From an uncultured Acidobacteriota bacterium (GTDB lineage: Bacteria > Actinomycetota > Acidimicrobiia > Spongiisociales > ZC4RG35): a DNA stretch of 64,000 nucleotides. Positions 19,179-28,730 of the stretch are shown one piece after another. Both the position numbers and the translations under genes were made by a program. The notes under the pieces were generated by a model. That model saw only the letters and a program-made list of their open reading frames with translations. It ran no database searches and had not been told where the DNA came from. Every line of letters begins with the position of its first letter. Within the stretch, counting starts at the first letter, position 1. The stretch lies in the NCBI GenBank assembly GCA_963837055.1, contig CAWILU010000003.1:199524-263523 (forward strand). Reading direction: 5' to 3'.

Positions 19179-21455
19179 TCACTCGTTCTCCGACGGTAGG
19201 AAGTCACCGTCGCCAGGCGTGGTATCCACTCCGGATTGTGCGGCAAAGCCTTGGGCGAGGCCGTTGTGTCCTACCACCGGCAGCAGGCCACGGTCGGCGA
19301 GGCCGAACCCGATGACGTGATCAGCGACGCCCTGGGTGTTGGAGAGGCGGATGTACCAGTTGCCGTCGGACGGCCGGAAGATGGCCGGTGAGTCGCTTCC
19401 GTCACCATCCCAGTCGGCGGCCACGAGGAAGTCGCCGGGGTCCCCATAGATGAAATCTCGGTCTGCCCTACCCGTGGTCAGGCTGAACCGGAAATAGACC
19501 CGGCCCGTGGACTCCCGATGGAGACCCACCTCATCGAGCCCATTGCCGTCGAAATCGCCGACGAACGGCTTGTCTCCGGGGTCGCCGAACATGAAGGAGT
19601 GCTCGGCGAAGCCGAGCCCGGCATCTCCGGCGCCCAACCGGTTGATGACGTAGAACCGCTGCTCGGAAGGGCGATAGATCGACAGCGTGTCGCACCCATC
19701 CCCGTCGAAGTCGCCCGGGATCGGGATGTCGCTCGGATTGCCGAAGAAGAACTTGATGTCGGCGACTCCCTGGGAGTTGGAGTTACGGAGATAGGCGTAA
19801 CCGTCCGAGCGCCGGTAGAGGCCGGGGGTGTCGACTCCATCGCAATCCCAGTCACCCATGAAGGGCGTGTCCGCCGGGTTGCCATAGAAGAAGTTCGACT
19901 CAGACGAGCTCCACGCCACCTCGTGAGCGAGGCGCCAAGACCCGCCTTCATCCACGTACCCGATCTGATCGCACGCCCCGACGCACAGCGGCCCGGCGTC
20001 GAACGTGTTCGGCCCCGGGTTGGTGAACCAGGACCCGAGGTTGGCGATGGCGCGATCCGGGACACCGCCGAGCCAGACCGAGACGCGGCCGCCCGACAAG
20101 ACGTACAGATCGACACGGCCGTCCCCATCGAAGTCTCCCGGAAGCACCGACGAATCGCCGGCGACCGTCATCGAGGTGTTCAGTCGCTGCGGGCTCCCGC
20201 CATAACCACTTGCCCAGAGGATCACATCGACCCGGGCGTTGGCGCCCGAGCCCACCAGCCAAATGTCGGTATTGCCGTCGACATTGCGGTCGGCGAGGAC
20301 GATCTTCGAGCTCCCCACGGGGACGGTGAGATTCGAGGTGTGGGCCAGTTGCTGATAGCCGGATGCAGACGAGTACACCTCGACCCGGCCCGTGTTACGC
20401 CGGAACACGTAGAGGTCCGGGATCCAGTCGGCCTGGTCGAACAGGGCCAGGCCCAATTCGGCATCGGCCGACCAGGTGGCGCCGGTAGTGACTTGTTTGC
20501 CGACAGTGCCGAATCGGGACCGGTCGTAGTAGACGTCAGCCGTGATGTTGCCCCCGGTGTTGAAGCGCCAGAGGTCGGCGCGGCCATCACCATCGGCATC
20601 GGCGAACATCGGGACACCGTCGCTTGGAGCGCCGCTGGTCCATCTGAGACCGAGCACCCCGAACCGTGCCCCTGCCCCGGCGACCTGCACCTGCCAGCGA
20701 CCGTTCACCGGAACCAATCCGTACAGGTCGTCGGCACCATCTCGTCGCTTGCCAGACATGGCGAGGGCGCCGGCGCCCCCGAGGGCCGATGGGCCCTCGA
20801 CGGCCCTGGTTGTGAAGCTTGCTGCCGCAGTCAGCGGGGCATAGGGCGCGATCCGAGCCATCAGACCGGCCCGGGCCGCAGGGCCGCGCCACGAGTAGTG
20901 CATGCTGTCCTTGCTGAACCGCCAGGAACCGCCCCAGCAGAATCCGGCCGAAATCCATGCTTCCCGGTAGGCCGGCGGCATGTCCGTGATCAGTTGCCCA
21001 TTGGTGACCGGGTTTTGCGGCGGGTTGATATCGAGGGCATTGGCGACGGCGTGATGTGACATCTGGTTGCTGCCCGCGATGTTGCGCCAGGCCCAGGCAT
21101 CGCCGGTCCTGATGGTGTATCCCACGCCGGAGGCATTGATCCGCTGAGCTGCGCCCTGGAAGGAGGCGAGGGCCCTGCCATGAACGCGGTATCCGTGGCC
21201 GGAGGGATCGACCCAGTTGACCAGCGATGAGGACACCTGGCCGAAGTTTCGCCCGAAGTAGTCGGCAAACGGGCCGTATATGCGATCACCCAACCGATTG
21301 GACGGGCTGAGCGGCCCCCTCATCCCATAGACCCCGCAGCTGCTCGACTCGGTGAAGTTCGGGGTGGAGTCTCCCGCGGTCGACGATGCGCCATATGCAG
21401 GGGAGGCCAGGGCCAGAAAAAGGGCGAGGGCGATCGGAATCCGCTTCATAACCAA
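19179..21455 (-). CDS. Secreted peptidase M15-like cell-wall hydrolase + FG-GAP/VCBS region + C-terminal 4.5x repeat module
   Basis: Signal peptide MKRIPIALALFLALASPAYG. M15 motifs SHHAVANALDI and DSMHYSW. Central DADGDGRADLW / GDFDGDGRVDLY FG-GAP repeats. The C-terminal module is paralogous to 14897-15592. Confidence 0.75.
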   Translation of the reverse strand: MVMKRIPIALALFLALASPAYGASSTAGDSTPNFTESSSCGVYGMRGPLSPSNRLGDRIYGPFADYFGRNFGQVSSSLVNWVDPSGHGYRVHGRALASFQGAAQRINASGVGYTIRTGDAWAWRNIAGSNQMSHHAVANALDINPPQNPVTNGQLITDMPPAYREAWISAGFCWGGSWRFSKDSMHYSWRGPAARAGLMARIAPYAPLTAAASFTTRAVEGPSALGGAGALAMSGKRRDGADDLYGLVPVNGRWQVQVAGAGARFGVLGLRWTSGAPSDGVPMFADADGDGRADLWRFNTGGNITADVYYDRSRFGTVGKQVTTGATWSADAELGLALFDQADWIPDLYVFRRNTGRVEVYSSASGYQQLAHTSNLTVPVGSSKIVLADRNVDGNTDIWLVGSGANARVDVILWASGYGGSPQRLNTSMTVAGDSSVLPGDFDGDGRVDLYVLSGGRVSVWLGGVPDRAIANLGSWFTNPGPNTFDAGPLCVGACDQIGYVDEGGSWRLAHEVAWSSSESNFFYGNPADTPFMGDWDCDGVDTPGLYRRSDGYAYLRNSNSQGVADIKFFFGNPSDIPIPGDFDGDGCDTLSIYRPSEQRFYVINRLGAGDAGLGFAEHSFMFGDPGDKPFVGDFDGNGLDEVGLHRESTGRVYFRFSLTTGRADRDFIYGDPGDFLVAADWDGDGSDSPAIFRPSDGNWYIRLSNTQGVADHVIGFGLADRGLLPVVGHNGLAQGFAAQSGVDTTPGDGDFLPSENE
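19270..19967 (-). repeat. Coding repeat module, copy 2 of 3
   Basis: YGNPADTPFMGDWDCDGVDTPGLYR / FGNPSDIPIPGDFDGDGCDTLSIYRPSEQRFYVIN / FGDPGDKPFVGDFDGNGLDEVGLHRESTG / YGDPGDFLVAADWDGDGSDSPAIFR. Long stretches are near-identical in protein to copy 1. Confidence 0.8.
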
Positions 21456-21534
21456 CTATCTGATGCAGGGCGTCACGAATACGTGATGTACTGCATTCGG
21501 ATGGGGCCCGGCTGAGGGTACCCACGGGCCGGAT

Positions 21535-22632
21535 TCATGAAACATCGACCAAACGACGCTCGGATCGGTTGAGATCGTCGACGCCTGACGGGCCGCAGGC
21601 CACGATGTCCTCGATTCTGACCCCGAATTCCTGGGGAAGGTAGATGCCCGGCTCGATCGAGAAGGTCATCCCCACTTCCAGCTCGAGGTCGTTCCCCTCC
21701 ACCACGTACGGGTGCTCATGGACCTCCAGACCGATCCCATGCCCGGTGCGATGGATGAAGTACTCCCCGAACCCGCCGTCCTCGATCACCTGCCGGGCCG
21801 CCCGATCGATGTCCTGACACACGACGCCCGGGGCGACGATGGAACGGGCTGCCTCATTGGCCGCGGCCACCAGGGCATGCACTTCGACCTGTCGAGGTGA
21901 CGGCTCGCCGACCACGAAGGTCCGGGTGGTATCGGAGTGATAGCCACCCACTCGGCCGCCGAAGTCGCACACGACCAAGTCCCCGCCCTGAACCACCCGA
22001 TCCGATGGCTCGTGATGCGGCGAGGCCCCATGAGGGCCGGAGGCGACGATTGGTGCCCAGGCAGAGTCGTGACCTTCGGCGATGGTCATGTCGCTCAGGT
22101 CACGGGCGATCTCCCGCTCGGTCCGTCCCTCAAACCTGATTTCCCGGGGCACCCTGGCCACCACGCGGTCGGTCGCTGTTGCCGCCCGGCGCAGATGCTC
22201 GATCTCGGCATCTTCCTTCCGCATGCGCAACGGCCCGGTCAGCTGCGATGCCAGCGACCAAGTCGTGTCGGTCATCTCGGCCTGCAGCCCGATCAGGAAC
22301 GTCGACCAGGTGTGATCGCCAACAGCGGCCCGCCGCGTCGCCCCGGCCGCCCTGACCACGAGACGGATCGGATCATCGGTCTCCGCCCACGGGATGAGTT
22401 CGAATGGGCCCGGTTCGACCCGGGGCGCCTCCAGCTCGGGTACGAACAATGCGCAGTCACCGTCGGCAGGGACGACCAGCATGGTTAGACGCTCCAACGG
22501 CACCGCCTCGTAACCGGTGAAGTAAGGGAGGTCAGAGCCCGTCGACAGCAACACCACGTCGACTGATTGGTCCTTCATCTGCTCCTGGAGACGGCCCACG
22601 CGAGCGCTGTAGTCGAACGTGGGAGCGATCAT
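21535..22632 (-). CDS. M24 family Xaa-Pro aminopeptidase/dipeptidase
   Basis: 365 aa. Has DFGGRVGGYHSDTTRT, HRTGHGIGLEVHEHPY and SIEPGIY metal-ligand motifs. Confidence 0.85.
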   Translation of the reverse strand: MIAPTFDYSARVGRLQEQMKDQSVDVVLLSTGSDLPYFTGYEAVPLERLTMLVVPADGDCALFVPELEAPRVEPGPFELIPWAETDDPIRLVVRAAGATRRAAVGDHTWSTFLIGLQAEMTDTTWSLASQLTGPLRMRKEDAEIEHLRRAATATDRVVARVPREIRFEGRTEREIARDLSDMTIAEGHDSAWAPIVASGPHGASPHHEPSDRVVQGGDLVVCDFGGRVGGYHSDTTRTFVVGEPSPRQVEVHALVAAANEAARSIVAPGVVCQDIDRAARQVIEDGGFGEYFIHRTGHGIGLEVHEHPYVVEGNDLELEVGMTFSIEPGIYLPQEFGVRIEDIVACGPSGVDDLNRSERRLVDVS

Positions 22633-22642
22633 CTCGGTGGGT

Positions 22643-24106
22643 CTACCGGGCCATGGGCACGAGCCCGGCCAGCCCCACTCCGGCGTCGAGAGTCACGTCG
22701 GCAGGACCATTGCCGTTCGAGTTCTTGACGTAGAGGAGGCCGTTGCCTGGCCGGTACACCGCAATGGTGTCCGTGCCGTTGGAGTCCCAATCCCCGGCGA
22801 TCAGTCGGTCGCCCGGGTCACCAAAGATGAACTGCGCGTCGGCCGCGCCTCCCTCGTGCGCATTGTTCAGATACACATTGCCTGTCGAGGGTCGATGTAG
22901 ACCTACCGTGGCGATGCCATCGCCGTTGAAGTCACCTACGAACGGGACGTCCGAGGGGTTGCCGAAGGCATAGGAGTGCTCGGCGGGGCCTAGTCCGCCC
23001 CCGTTCAGACCGAGATCGTTTATCACATAGACCCTCTCCTCGGAGGGCCGGTAGATCGAAACGGTGTCCAGCCCGTCCCCGTCGAAATCCCCGGCAAGGG
23101 GCACGTCGCCCGGATTGCCGAAATAGAAAGTGATGTCAGCCACCCCTTCGGTGTTGGAATTCCTCAGATAGACGAATCCATCGGATTGGCGGTAGAGGCC
23201 GGGGGTGGCCACGCCGTCTCCATCCCAGTCGCCAGAGAAGGCGATGTCGTTCGGGTTGCCGTAGTAGTAGGCGCTCGTCTGATGCTCGTGGTTGATCTGA
23301 TCCCACAGATAGAAACGCGAGCTTCGGTCGTAGAAGGCGACGGTGTCACAATTGCCACCCGGGCACGGGGCGGGGCCGCCAACCGGCAGCGTCCGGCCCG
23401 GGGCGTAGACCGGGCCTACGCCGGCAGGCTCGAACCAGACATGCACCGGCAGCCCGATCCAGAGCTGGCCTTCCAGCCAGGAGCTGTCCCACATCGTGAG
23501 ACGGATGCAGCCGTGAGAGGCCGGGAAGGCGGGCACGCTGGGCGAGCCATGGAGGGCGTACCCCCCGGTGAAGTACCACGGATTCCACAGGACGCCGAGG
23601 AATGAGATCCGCTCGCCACGGATATGGCGCTGGATCCGAAAATCACCGGTCGGGGTGTGGGCCTGGCTGAAGCTGCCGAACTGGTTCGTGTAGGCCTCCC
23701 CGTTCCCCGAACTGATCGGGAACACCTGGTCCAGGACGCCCCCTTTGAACAGATAGGCAACCTGACGGGTCAGATTGACCTCCACCCGGTCGGGCTCGTT
23801 GAACCGGAATGGGGTCCACGGCTTCACGTAGGTGTTGAGCAAGCCCCAGAGCGAGTCATCCCAGTTGAAGCTGCGGCCCGCCCCCACTTCCTTGCGAAAG
23901 GCCATGACCGCCTGTTGGGTTTGCGGCCCGTAGCTGCCGTCGATGGCGCCGCGGTAGAAACCGGTATCGGTGAGCGCCTGTTGCAGCGTCGCGGTGGCAG
24001 CGTCCTGGGTGCCGAACTCTGACGGGTCGGCCGCGGCCGGAGCGACGAGCACCGACCCCAGCAACAGGATCGAGACGACACTCGCAGCAAGCCCTCTGCG
24101 CAACAT
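22643..24106 (-). CDS. L,D-transpeptidase (YkuD) with N-terminal peptidoglycan-binding domain and C-terminal 4.5x repeat module
   Basis: Signal peptide. PG_binding-like LTDTGFYRGAIDGSYGPQTQQAVMAFRKE. YkuD catalytic motif HGSPSVPAFPASHGCIRL. C-terminal repeat module. Confidence 0.85.
   Translation of the reverse strand: MLRRGLAASVVSILLLGSVLVAPAAADPSEFGTQDAATATLQQALTDTGFYRGAIDGSYGPQTQQAVMAFRKEVGAGRSFNWDDSLWGLLNTYVKPWTPFRFNEPDRVEVNLTRQVAYLFKGGVLDQVFPISSGNGEAYTNQFGSFSQAHTPTGDFRIQRHIRGERISFLGVLWNPWYFTGGYALHGSPSVPAFPASHGCIRLTMWDSSWLEGQLWIGLPVHVWFEPAGVGPVYAPGRTLPVGGPAPCPGGNCDTVAFYDRSSRFYLWDQINHEHQTSAYYYGNPNDIAFSGDWDGDGVATPGLYRQSDGFVYLRNSNTEGVADITFYFGNPGDVPLAGDFDGDGLDTVSIYRPSEERVYVINDLGLNGGGLGPAEHSYAFGNPSDVPFVGDFNGDGIATVGLHRPSTGNVYLNNAHEGGAADAQFIFGDPGDRLIAGDWDSNGTDTIAVYRPGNGLLYVKNSNGNGPADVTLDAGVGLAGLVPMAR
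22646..23350 (-). repeat. Coding repeat module, copy 3 of 3
   Basis: YGNPNDIAFSGDWDGDGVATPGLYR / FGNPGDVPLAGDFDGDGLDTVSIYRPSEERVYVIN / FGNPSDVPFVGDFNGDGIATVGLHR / FGDPGDRLIAGDWDSNGTDTIAVYR. Confidence 0.8.
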
Positions 24107-24181
24107 TGAGCCGACAGGGTAACCCTGTGCCTTATCAATGCAGATCGTCAGATATTCGTGACGATGAACCTCAGGTTTGCG

Positions 24182-25855
24182 TCAGCAGACGACACCGACC
24201 GCGTCCCGGCTCTCCTTGGCGTGGTAGCTAGAGCGGACCAGCGGGCCGGATTCGACGTGAGGGATGCCCAGGCCCTCTCCGTACTTCTTGTACTCCCCGA
24301 ACTCCTCTGGGTGGACATAGCGGGCGATAGGTCGGTGTCTCGGGGTGGGTCGCAGGTACTGGCCAATGGTGATGATGTCGATGCCCACCGCACGCATGTC
24401 GGCCAGAGCGCCGAGCACTTCCTCCCGGGTCTCCCCCATCCCGACGATGAGCCCGGACTTGATGAGCCCATCGGGGTTCATCTGCTTCGCACGCCAGAGC
24501 AGCGCCAGAGATCTGCCATAGCTGGCCGAAGTCCTGATGTCGCGCTGCAAACGGAGCACGGTCTCGGTGTTGTGGTTGAGCACCTCAGGCACCGCGTCCA
24601 TCACGGTCTGCAGGGCCTCACGATCGCCTTTGAAGTCGGGGATGAGCACCTCGATCTCGGTTCCCGGGGATCGGCGTCTGCTCTCGGTGATGGTGTGGGC
24701 GAAGATCCCGGCCCCCCCGTCATCGAGGTCGTCCCTGTTCACCGAGGTGATCACGGCGTGCTTGAGGTTCATCTGATGGATCGCCTCAGCGGCCCGGAAC
24801 GGCTCGAATACGTCGAACTCAGTGGGTTTCCCGGTGGTCACATTGCAGAAGGAGCAAGCCCTGGTGCATTTATCCCCCAAGATCATCAGAGTGGCGGTCC
24901 CCATGCCCCAGCACTCGTAGATGTTGGGGCAATTCGCCTCCTCGCACACCGTGTTGAGCTGCAGGCCGCGCATCATCTTCTTCAACTCGATGTAGTCGCC
25001 GTCGAGCCGGGCCGTCACCTTCATCCAGTCTGGGCGGGGCGGCTCTCCGGGGAGACGCCCGTTGATGAGAATCGGCTCCGCGCTTCGCTTCTCCGGGCTG
25101 AACGTCCCCGACTCGACCAGCCGATCGACCTCGAACTCGGGACGCCGACCCTGGCCTCGTGCGAAGGCCCCCAACTGGATCTCTGTCTCGGGATAACCGA
25201 AGACCTCCTCGAAACGAGGGATCAGCGCCCGGGTCGCCTCCTCGAGAGTGACCTTCCTCCCCACCAGATCAGACAGCGTCGTGACCGGGCGATCGGAGAT
25301 CCCACACGGGTTCATCATCCCGAAATAGGTGAGGTCGGGGTGGAGGTTGAGCGCGAAACCGTGCATCGTGACCTTCCGCGCCACCCTCACACCAATGGCT
25401 GCCACCTTGCCGCTTGCCGTCCACACTCCGGTCAAACCAGGCTCGGCCCAGGCCTCGACTCCGAAGTCGGACAAGGTTGCGATCAGGGTCTGCTCGAGCC
25501 GCCGCACGTAGGGGACGATCTGCTTGGGGTCGTCGAGGGTCAAGATCGGGTATCCGACCAGCTGACCGGGGCCGTGGAACGTGATGTCGCCACCCCGATC
25601 GACGTGGTGGACCTCGACCCCGAGGCCCACCCGATCGACGAGGAGGTTCGAGCCGTCACCATTCCTCCCGATCGTGAACACCGCTGGGTGCTCGAGCAGC
25701 AGGAGGTAGTCGTCCGTCGTACGCCCGACCACTTTCCCCTCGTGGATGGCGCGTTGCAGATCCCACGCCTCGGTGTAGGGAAGGCGGCCCAGCCAGCGGG
25801 TGCGGAGAATCTCGTTTTGCGAATGGTCAGGAGTCAAGCCAGCTCCTGCTCCCAA
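24182..25855 (-). CDS. lipB-lipA: Octanoyltransferase LipB fused in one ORF to lipoyl synthase LipA
   Basis: 557 aa. LipB part (aa ~15-222): HPAVFTIGR...DRGGDITFHGPGQLVGYP...KVAAIGVRV. A ~45-aa linker follows. LipA part: NTVCEEANCPNIYECW...CTRACSFCNV radical-SAM clusters...RSSYHA. Confidence 0.8.
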   Translation of the reverse strand: MGAGAGLTPDHSQNEILRTRWLGRLPYTEAWDLQRAIHEGKVVGRTTDDYLLLLEHPAVFTIGRNGDGSNLLVDRVGLGVEVHHVDRGGDITFHGPGQLVGYPILTLDDPKQIVPYVRRLEQTLIATLSDFGVEAWAEPGLTGVWTASGKVAAIGVRVARKVTMHGFALNLHPDLTYFGMMNPCGISDRPVTTLSDLVGRKVTLEEATRALIPRFEEVFGYPETEIQLGAFARGQGRRPEFEVDRLVESGTFSPEKRSAEPILINGRLPGEPPRPDWMKVTARLDGDYIELKKMMRGLQLNTVCEEANCPNIYECWGMGTATLMILGDKCTRACSFCNVTTGKPTEFDVFEPFRAAEAIHQMNLKHAVITSVNRDDLDDGGAGIFAHTITESRRRSPGTEIEVLIPDFKGDREALQTVMDAVPEVLNHNTETVLRLQRDIRTSASYGRSLALLWRAKQMNPDGLIKSGLIVGMGETREEVLGALADMRAVGIDIITIGQYLRPTPRHRPIARYVHPEEFGEYKKYGEGLGIPHVESGPLVRSSYHAKESRDAVGVVC

Positions 25856-27285
25856 TCCCAGGTCTCCAGGTTTTGCTTGATGCGCTGGAGGAAGAGCACC
25901 GCCGTCGAGCCATCGAAGGCGCGGTGATCCCAGGTCAGGCCGAGATAGCCGATGTGCCGGATGGCGATCATGTCCTGGCCCTCAGGGTCGGTCACCACGG
26001 TCGGGCGCTTGGAGACCGTGTCCGTGGAGAGAATGGCGACATTGGGCACGTTGATGATCGGGGCCGACATGAACGAGCCAAATGGCCCAGGGTTGGTGAT
26101 GGTGAAGGTCGACCCGGTCAGATCGTCGACGCCGAGCTTCCCATCCCGTGCCTTGTCGGCCATCTCCTTGATCGATCGGGCGATGCCGACCAACCGCAAA
26201 CCGTCGGCATTCCGGACCCGGGGCACGACCAAACCTTGCTGGTCGAGGTCCACTGCGATGCCGAGATCGACATTGCGATGGAAGACCGCCTTCTTCTCCT
26301 CGAGGTGGAATGAGCTGTTGACGACGGGGAAGGCCCGCAGGGCATCGATGGTGGCCCGGGAGATGAAGGGCAAATAGGTGAGCGAGAAGCCCTCCGCCGC
26401 CTTGAACTGATCCTTGTTGGCCTGACGCACCCGCTCCACCCGCTCGAAGTCGACCTCCACCGAGGTCCAGACGTGGGCGGCGGTCTGCTTGGCCTTGATC
26501 ATGTTCTCCGCGGTGCGGACCCGGATCCTGTCGAGGTCGGTTTCCTCTCCCGCCTGGGGCGCCGCGGCCGGGGCCGTGGCCGGCTGCGCGCCAGACGCGG
26601 CTGCGGGCGCCGGCGCGGCTTCGGGCTCGGTCGCCGGCGCCGCAGGTGCGGCCGCCTCGGACGGTCCCGACTCGAGGTACGCCTCGACGTCCTTCCGGGT
26701 GATACGGCCACCGTCGCCGGTGCCGGTGAGCCGTGAGACGTCGATGTCGTTCTCCCTGATGAGCTTTCTCACCACTGGTGAGAGAAGGTTGGGCTTTTTC
26801 TCGGTCTCGTCGGGCTCGGCAAAGAAGGCATCGACCTCGGCGTCGGATGTCTCTCCCCCCGGCGAAGGCGTGGGCTCGGCGGGAGCTTCCTCGCTGACCG
26901 GGGCGGGCTCGCCTGCGGGCTCTTCAGCCGGCTCCTCAGCGGTTGTCTCTGGAGCGGGCGGCTCCTCGACGGCGGTCTCTTCCGCAGGTTTCTCCTCGGC
27001 GGGCGGTGTCTCGTCCGCCGCCTCCTCCGCCGCCGGGGCCTCTTCACCTTCGGCGCCGATGACGACCAGCGCAGTCCCTACCGAGACGGTGTCGCCCTCA
27101 TTGACCAGGATCTCGAGGATGGTGCCTGCGGCAGGCGAGGGGACCTCGGTATCGACCTTGTCGGTCGAGATCTCGACCAGGACCTCGTCCTCGGCGATGG
27201 TGTCGCCAACCTGCTTTGCCCAGCGCAGGATGGTCCCCTCGGTGACCGTCTCACCCAGTTGCGGCATCGATACCGTCGTAGCCAA
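25834..27285 (-). CDS. 2-oxoacid dehydrogenase E2 dihydrolipoamide acyltransferase (single lipoyl domain)
   Basis: Lipoyl domain EISTDKVDTEVPSP. Ala/Pro/Glu linkers. PSBD SPVVRKLIRENDIDVSRLTGTGDGGRITRKDV. Catalytic DHRAFDG. Confidence 0.9.
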   Translation of the reverse strand: MATTVSMPQLGETVTEGTILRWAKQVGDTIAEDEVLVEISTDKVDTEVPSPAAGTILEILVNEGDTVSVGTALVVIGAEGEEAPAAEEAADETPPAEEKPAEETAVEEPPAPETTAEEPAEEPAGEPAPVSEEAPAEPTPSPGGETSDAEVDAFFAEPDETEKKPNLLSPVVRKLIRENDIDVSRLTGTGDGGRITRKDVEAYLESGPSEAAAPAAPATEPEAAPAPAAASGAQPATAPAAAPQAGEETDLDRIRVRTAENMIKAKQTAAHVWTSVEVDFERVERVRQANKDQFKAAEGFSLTYLPFISRATIDALRAFPVVNSSFHLEEKKAVFHRNVDLGIAVDLDQQGLVVPRVRNADGLRLVGIARSIKEMADKARDGKLGVDDLTGSTFTITNPGPFGSFMSAPIINVPNVAILSTDTVSKRPTVVTDPEGQDMIAIRHIGYLGLTWDHRAFDGSTAVLFLQRIKQNLETWDWEQELA

Positions 27286-27296
27286 GGTCTCTCCTC

Positions 27297-28664
27297 TCAG
27301 TGAAGACTGCGGCCGGCGGCTGACATGAGAGTCTCACCAACCGTCTCGGACAAACTCGGATGTGCATGGACGAAGGCGGCAGCCTCTTCGGGCAAAGCCT
27401 CCCAACCGACTGCGAACATCAGCTCATGGATCATCTCACCAGCCTGGGGACCGACGACGGCGGCCCCCACGATCGGGCCGTCCTTCTCGGAGATGACCTT
27501 CACGAAGCCCTGGTTGTCGCCGATGATGATTGCCCGGCCGACTCCATTGAAGAAGTGCTTGGCCGTCTCGACCTCGAGCCCGCGCTCGGTCGCTTGTGCC
27601 TCGGTCAGACCCACCTCCGCGACCTCGGGATGGGTGTAGGTGACCCGGGGGATTGCCTGGTAGTTGACAGGTTTCGCCTGACCGGTGGCGATGTGGGTCA
27701 CCGCCGACATACCTTCTGCGAACCCGACATGGGCCAGCTGGGGAGTCCCGGCGACGATGTCTCCAACCGCGTACAGACCGGGCTCGGCTGTCTCCATGGT
27801 GCTCAAATCGACCTCGACGAACCCTCGGTCGACCTTGGCGGCGACAGTGTCCAGACCGACGTCGTCCGTGTTCGGCCCCCGGCCCACCGACACGAGCACC
27901 ACATCGACCTCCACGCTCTCGTCGCCGAACGGAACCACCACCGTCTCGCCGACCTTCGGGGCATCGACCTCGACACCGACGTGGAACTTGACCCCGCGCT
28001 TCTGCAGTTGACGCTGAAGCTGTTTGGAGGCGTCGGCGTCGGAGCCAGGGATGATCTGGTCCATGACCTCGAAGACATGAACCTCGGTGCCGACGTCAAC
28101 GAGAAAAGAGGCGAACTCGCACCCGATGACGCCGCCACCGACGATCGCCACCCGGTTGGGGCGCTGGGGCCAGTCCAAGGCATGATCCGAGCTGACCACC
28201 CTCTCACCGTCGAAGTCATAGCCCGGGATGGTGCGGGCATGGGAACCGCTGGCAAGGATCACCGCACCTCCCTCGATCGTGCTCCGGCCGTCTTCGCCTT
28301 CGACCTCGACCTTGTGACCGCCGGCGAGCCGGCCGTACCCGGTGATGACCTCGACGCCCTTCTTCTTGAGCAGCCCACCCAGGCCGCGCACCACGCCCTC
28401 GACGGTCTGGGTCTTGCGGGCGAGCGCCGCATCCCAGTCGAGGGTCGGCTGTTCGGTGACGACGCCGAATTCGGCGGCATGGGAGACCGTGGAGAACACC
28501 TCTGCGATGTAGAGCCACTGCTTTGCGGGAATGCAACCTCGAAGGAGACACGTGCCGCCGGGACGCTCCTCGTCGATGAGAGCCACTGAAAGACCGAAGT
28601 TCTCCGCGTAGAGAGCGGCGGCGTAGCCGCCGGGCCCGCCGCCGATTATGACGATGTCGTGCAA
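27297..28664 (-). CDS. lpdA: Dihydrolipoyl dehydrogenase (E3)
   Basis: IIGGGPGGY FAD motif, redox-active GGTCLLRGCIPAK, and HAHPSLSE at the C-terminus. Confidence 0.9.
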   Translation of the reverse strand: MHDIVIIGGGPGGYAAALYAENFGLSVALIDEERPGGTCLLRGCIPAKQWLYIAEVFSTVSHAAEFGVVTEQPTLDWDAALARKTQTVEGVVRGLGGLLKKKGVEVITGYGRLAGGHKVEVEGEDGRSTIEGGAVILASGSHARTIPGYDFDGERVVSSDHALDWPQRPNRVAIVGGGVIGCEFASFLVDVGTEVHVFEVMDQIIPGSDADASKQLQRQLQKRGVKFHVGVEVDAPKVGETVVVPFGDESVEVDVVLVSVGRGPNTDDVGLDTVAAKVDRGFVEVDLSTMETAEPGLYAVGDIVAGTPQLAHVGFAEGMSAVTHIATGQAKPVNYQAIPRVTYTHPEVAEVGLTEAQATERGLEVETAKHFFNGVGRAIIIGDNQGFVKVISEKDGPIVGAAVVGPQAGEMIHELMFAVGWEALPEEAAAFVHAHPSLSETVGETLMSAAGRSLH

Positions 28665-28730
28665 CCTGAGCCTTTCGGTGGAACTGCGGATCCGAGCCTA
28701 GTTGTACCCATGGTTACCCTCCCCGAACCC

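Noticed and set aside
19518-21059. 513-aa ORF on the + strand (and 14372-15520 on the - strand, 45675-46832 on the + strand, 27360-28589 on the + strand, 10131-10910 on the - strand)
   Set aside because: These are all antisense to genes with clear homology or repeat structure. Their composition is typical of non-coding frames in GC-rich DNA.
24158-25927. 589-aa ORF on the + strand
   Set aside because: It is antisense to the clearly homologous lipB-lipA ORF. The product is low-complexity and Arg/Gly/Pro-rich, a typical high-GC shadow ORF.
26470-27060. Highly GC-rich, repetitive-looking DNA (gcc/ggc/gag runs)
   Set aside because: It encodes the Ala/Pro/Glu-rich flexible linkers of the E2 acyltransferase. 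It is not a CRISPR array, tandem-repeat element or mobile DNA.
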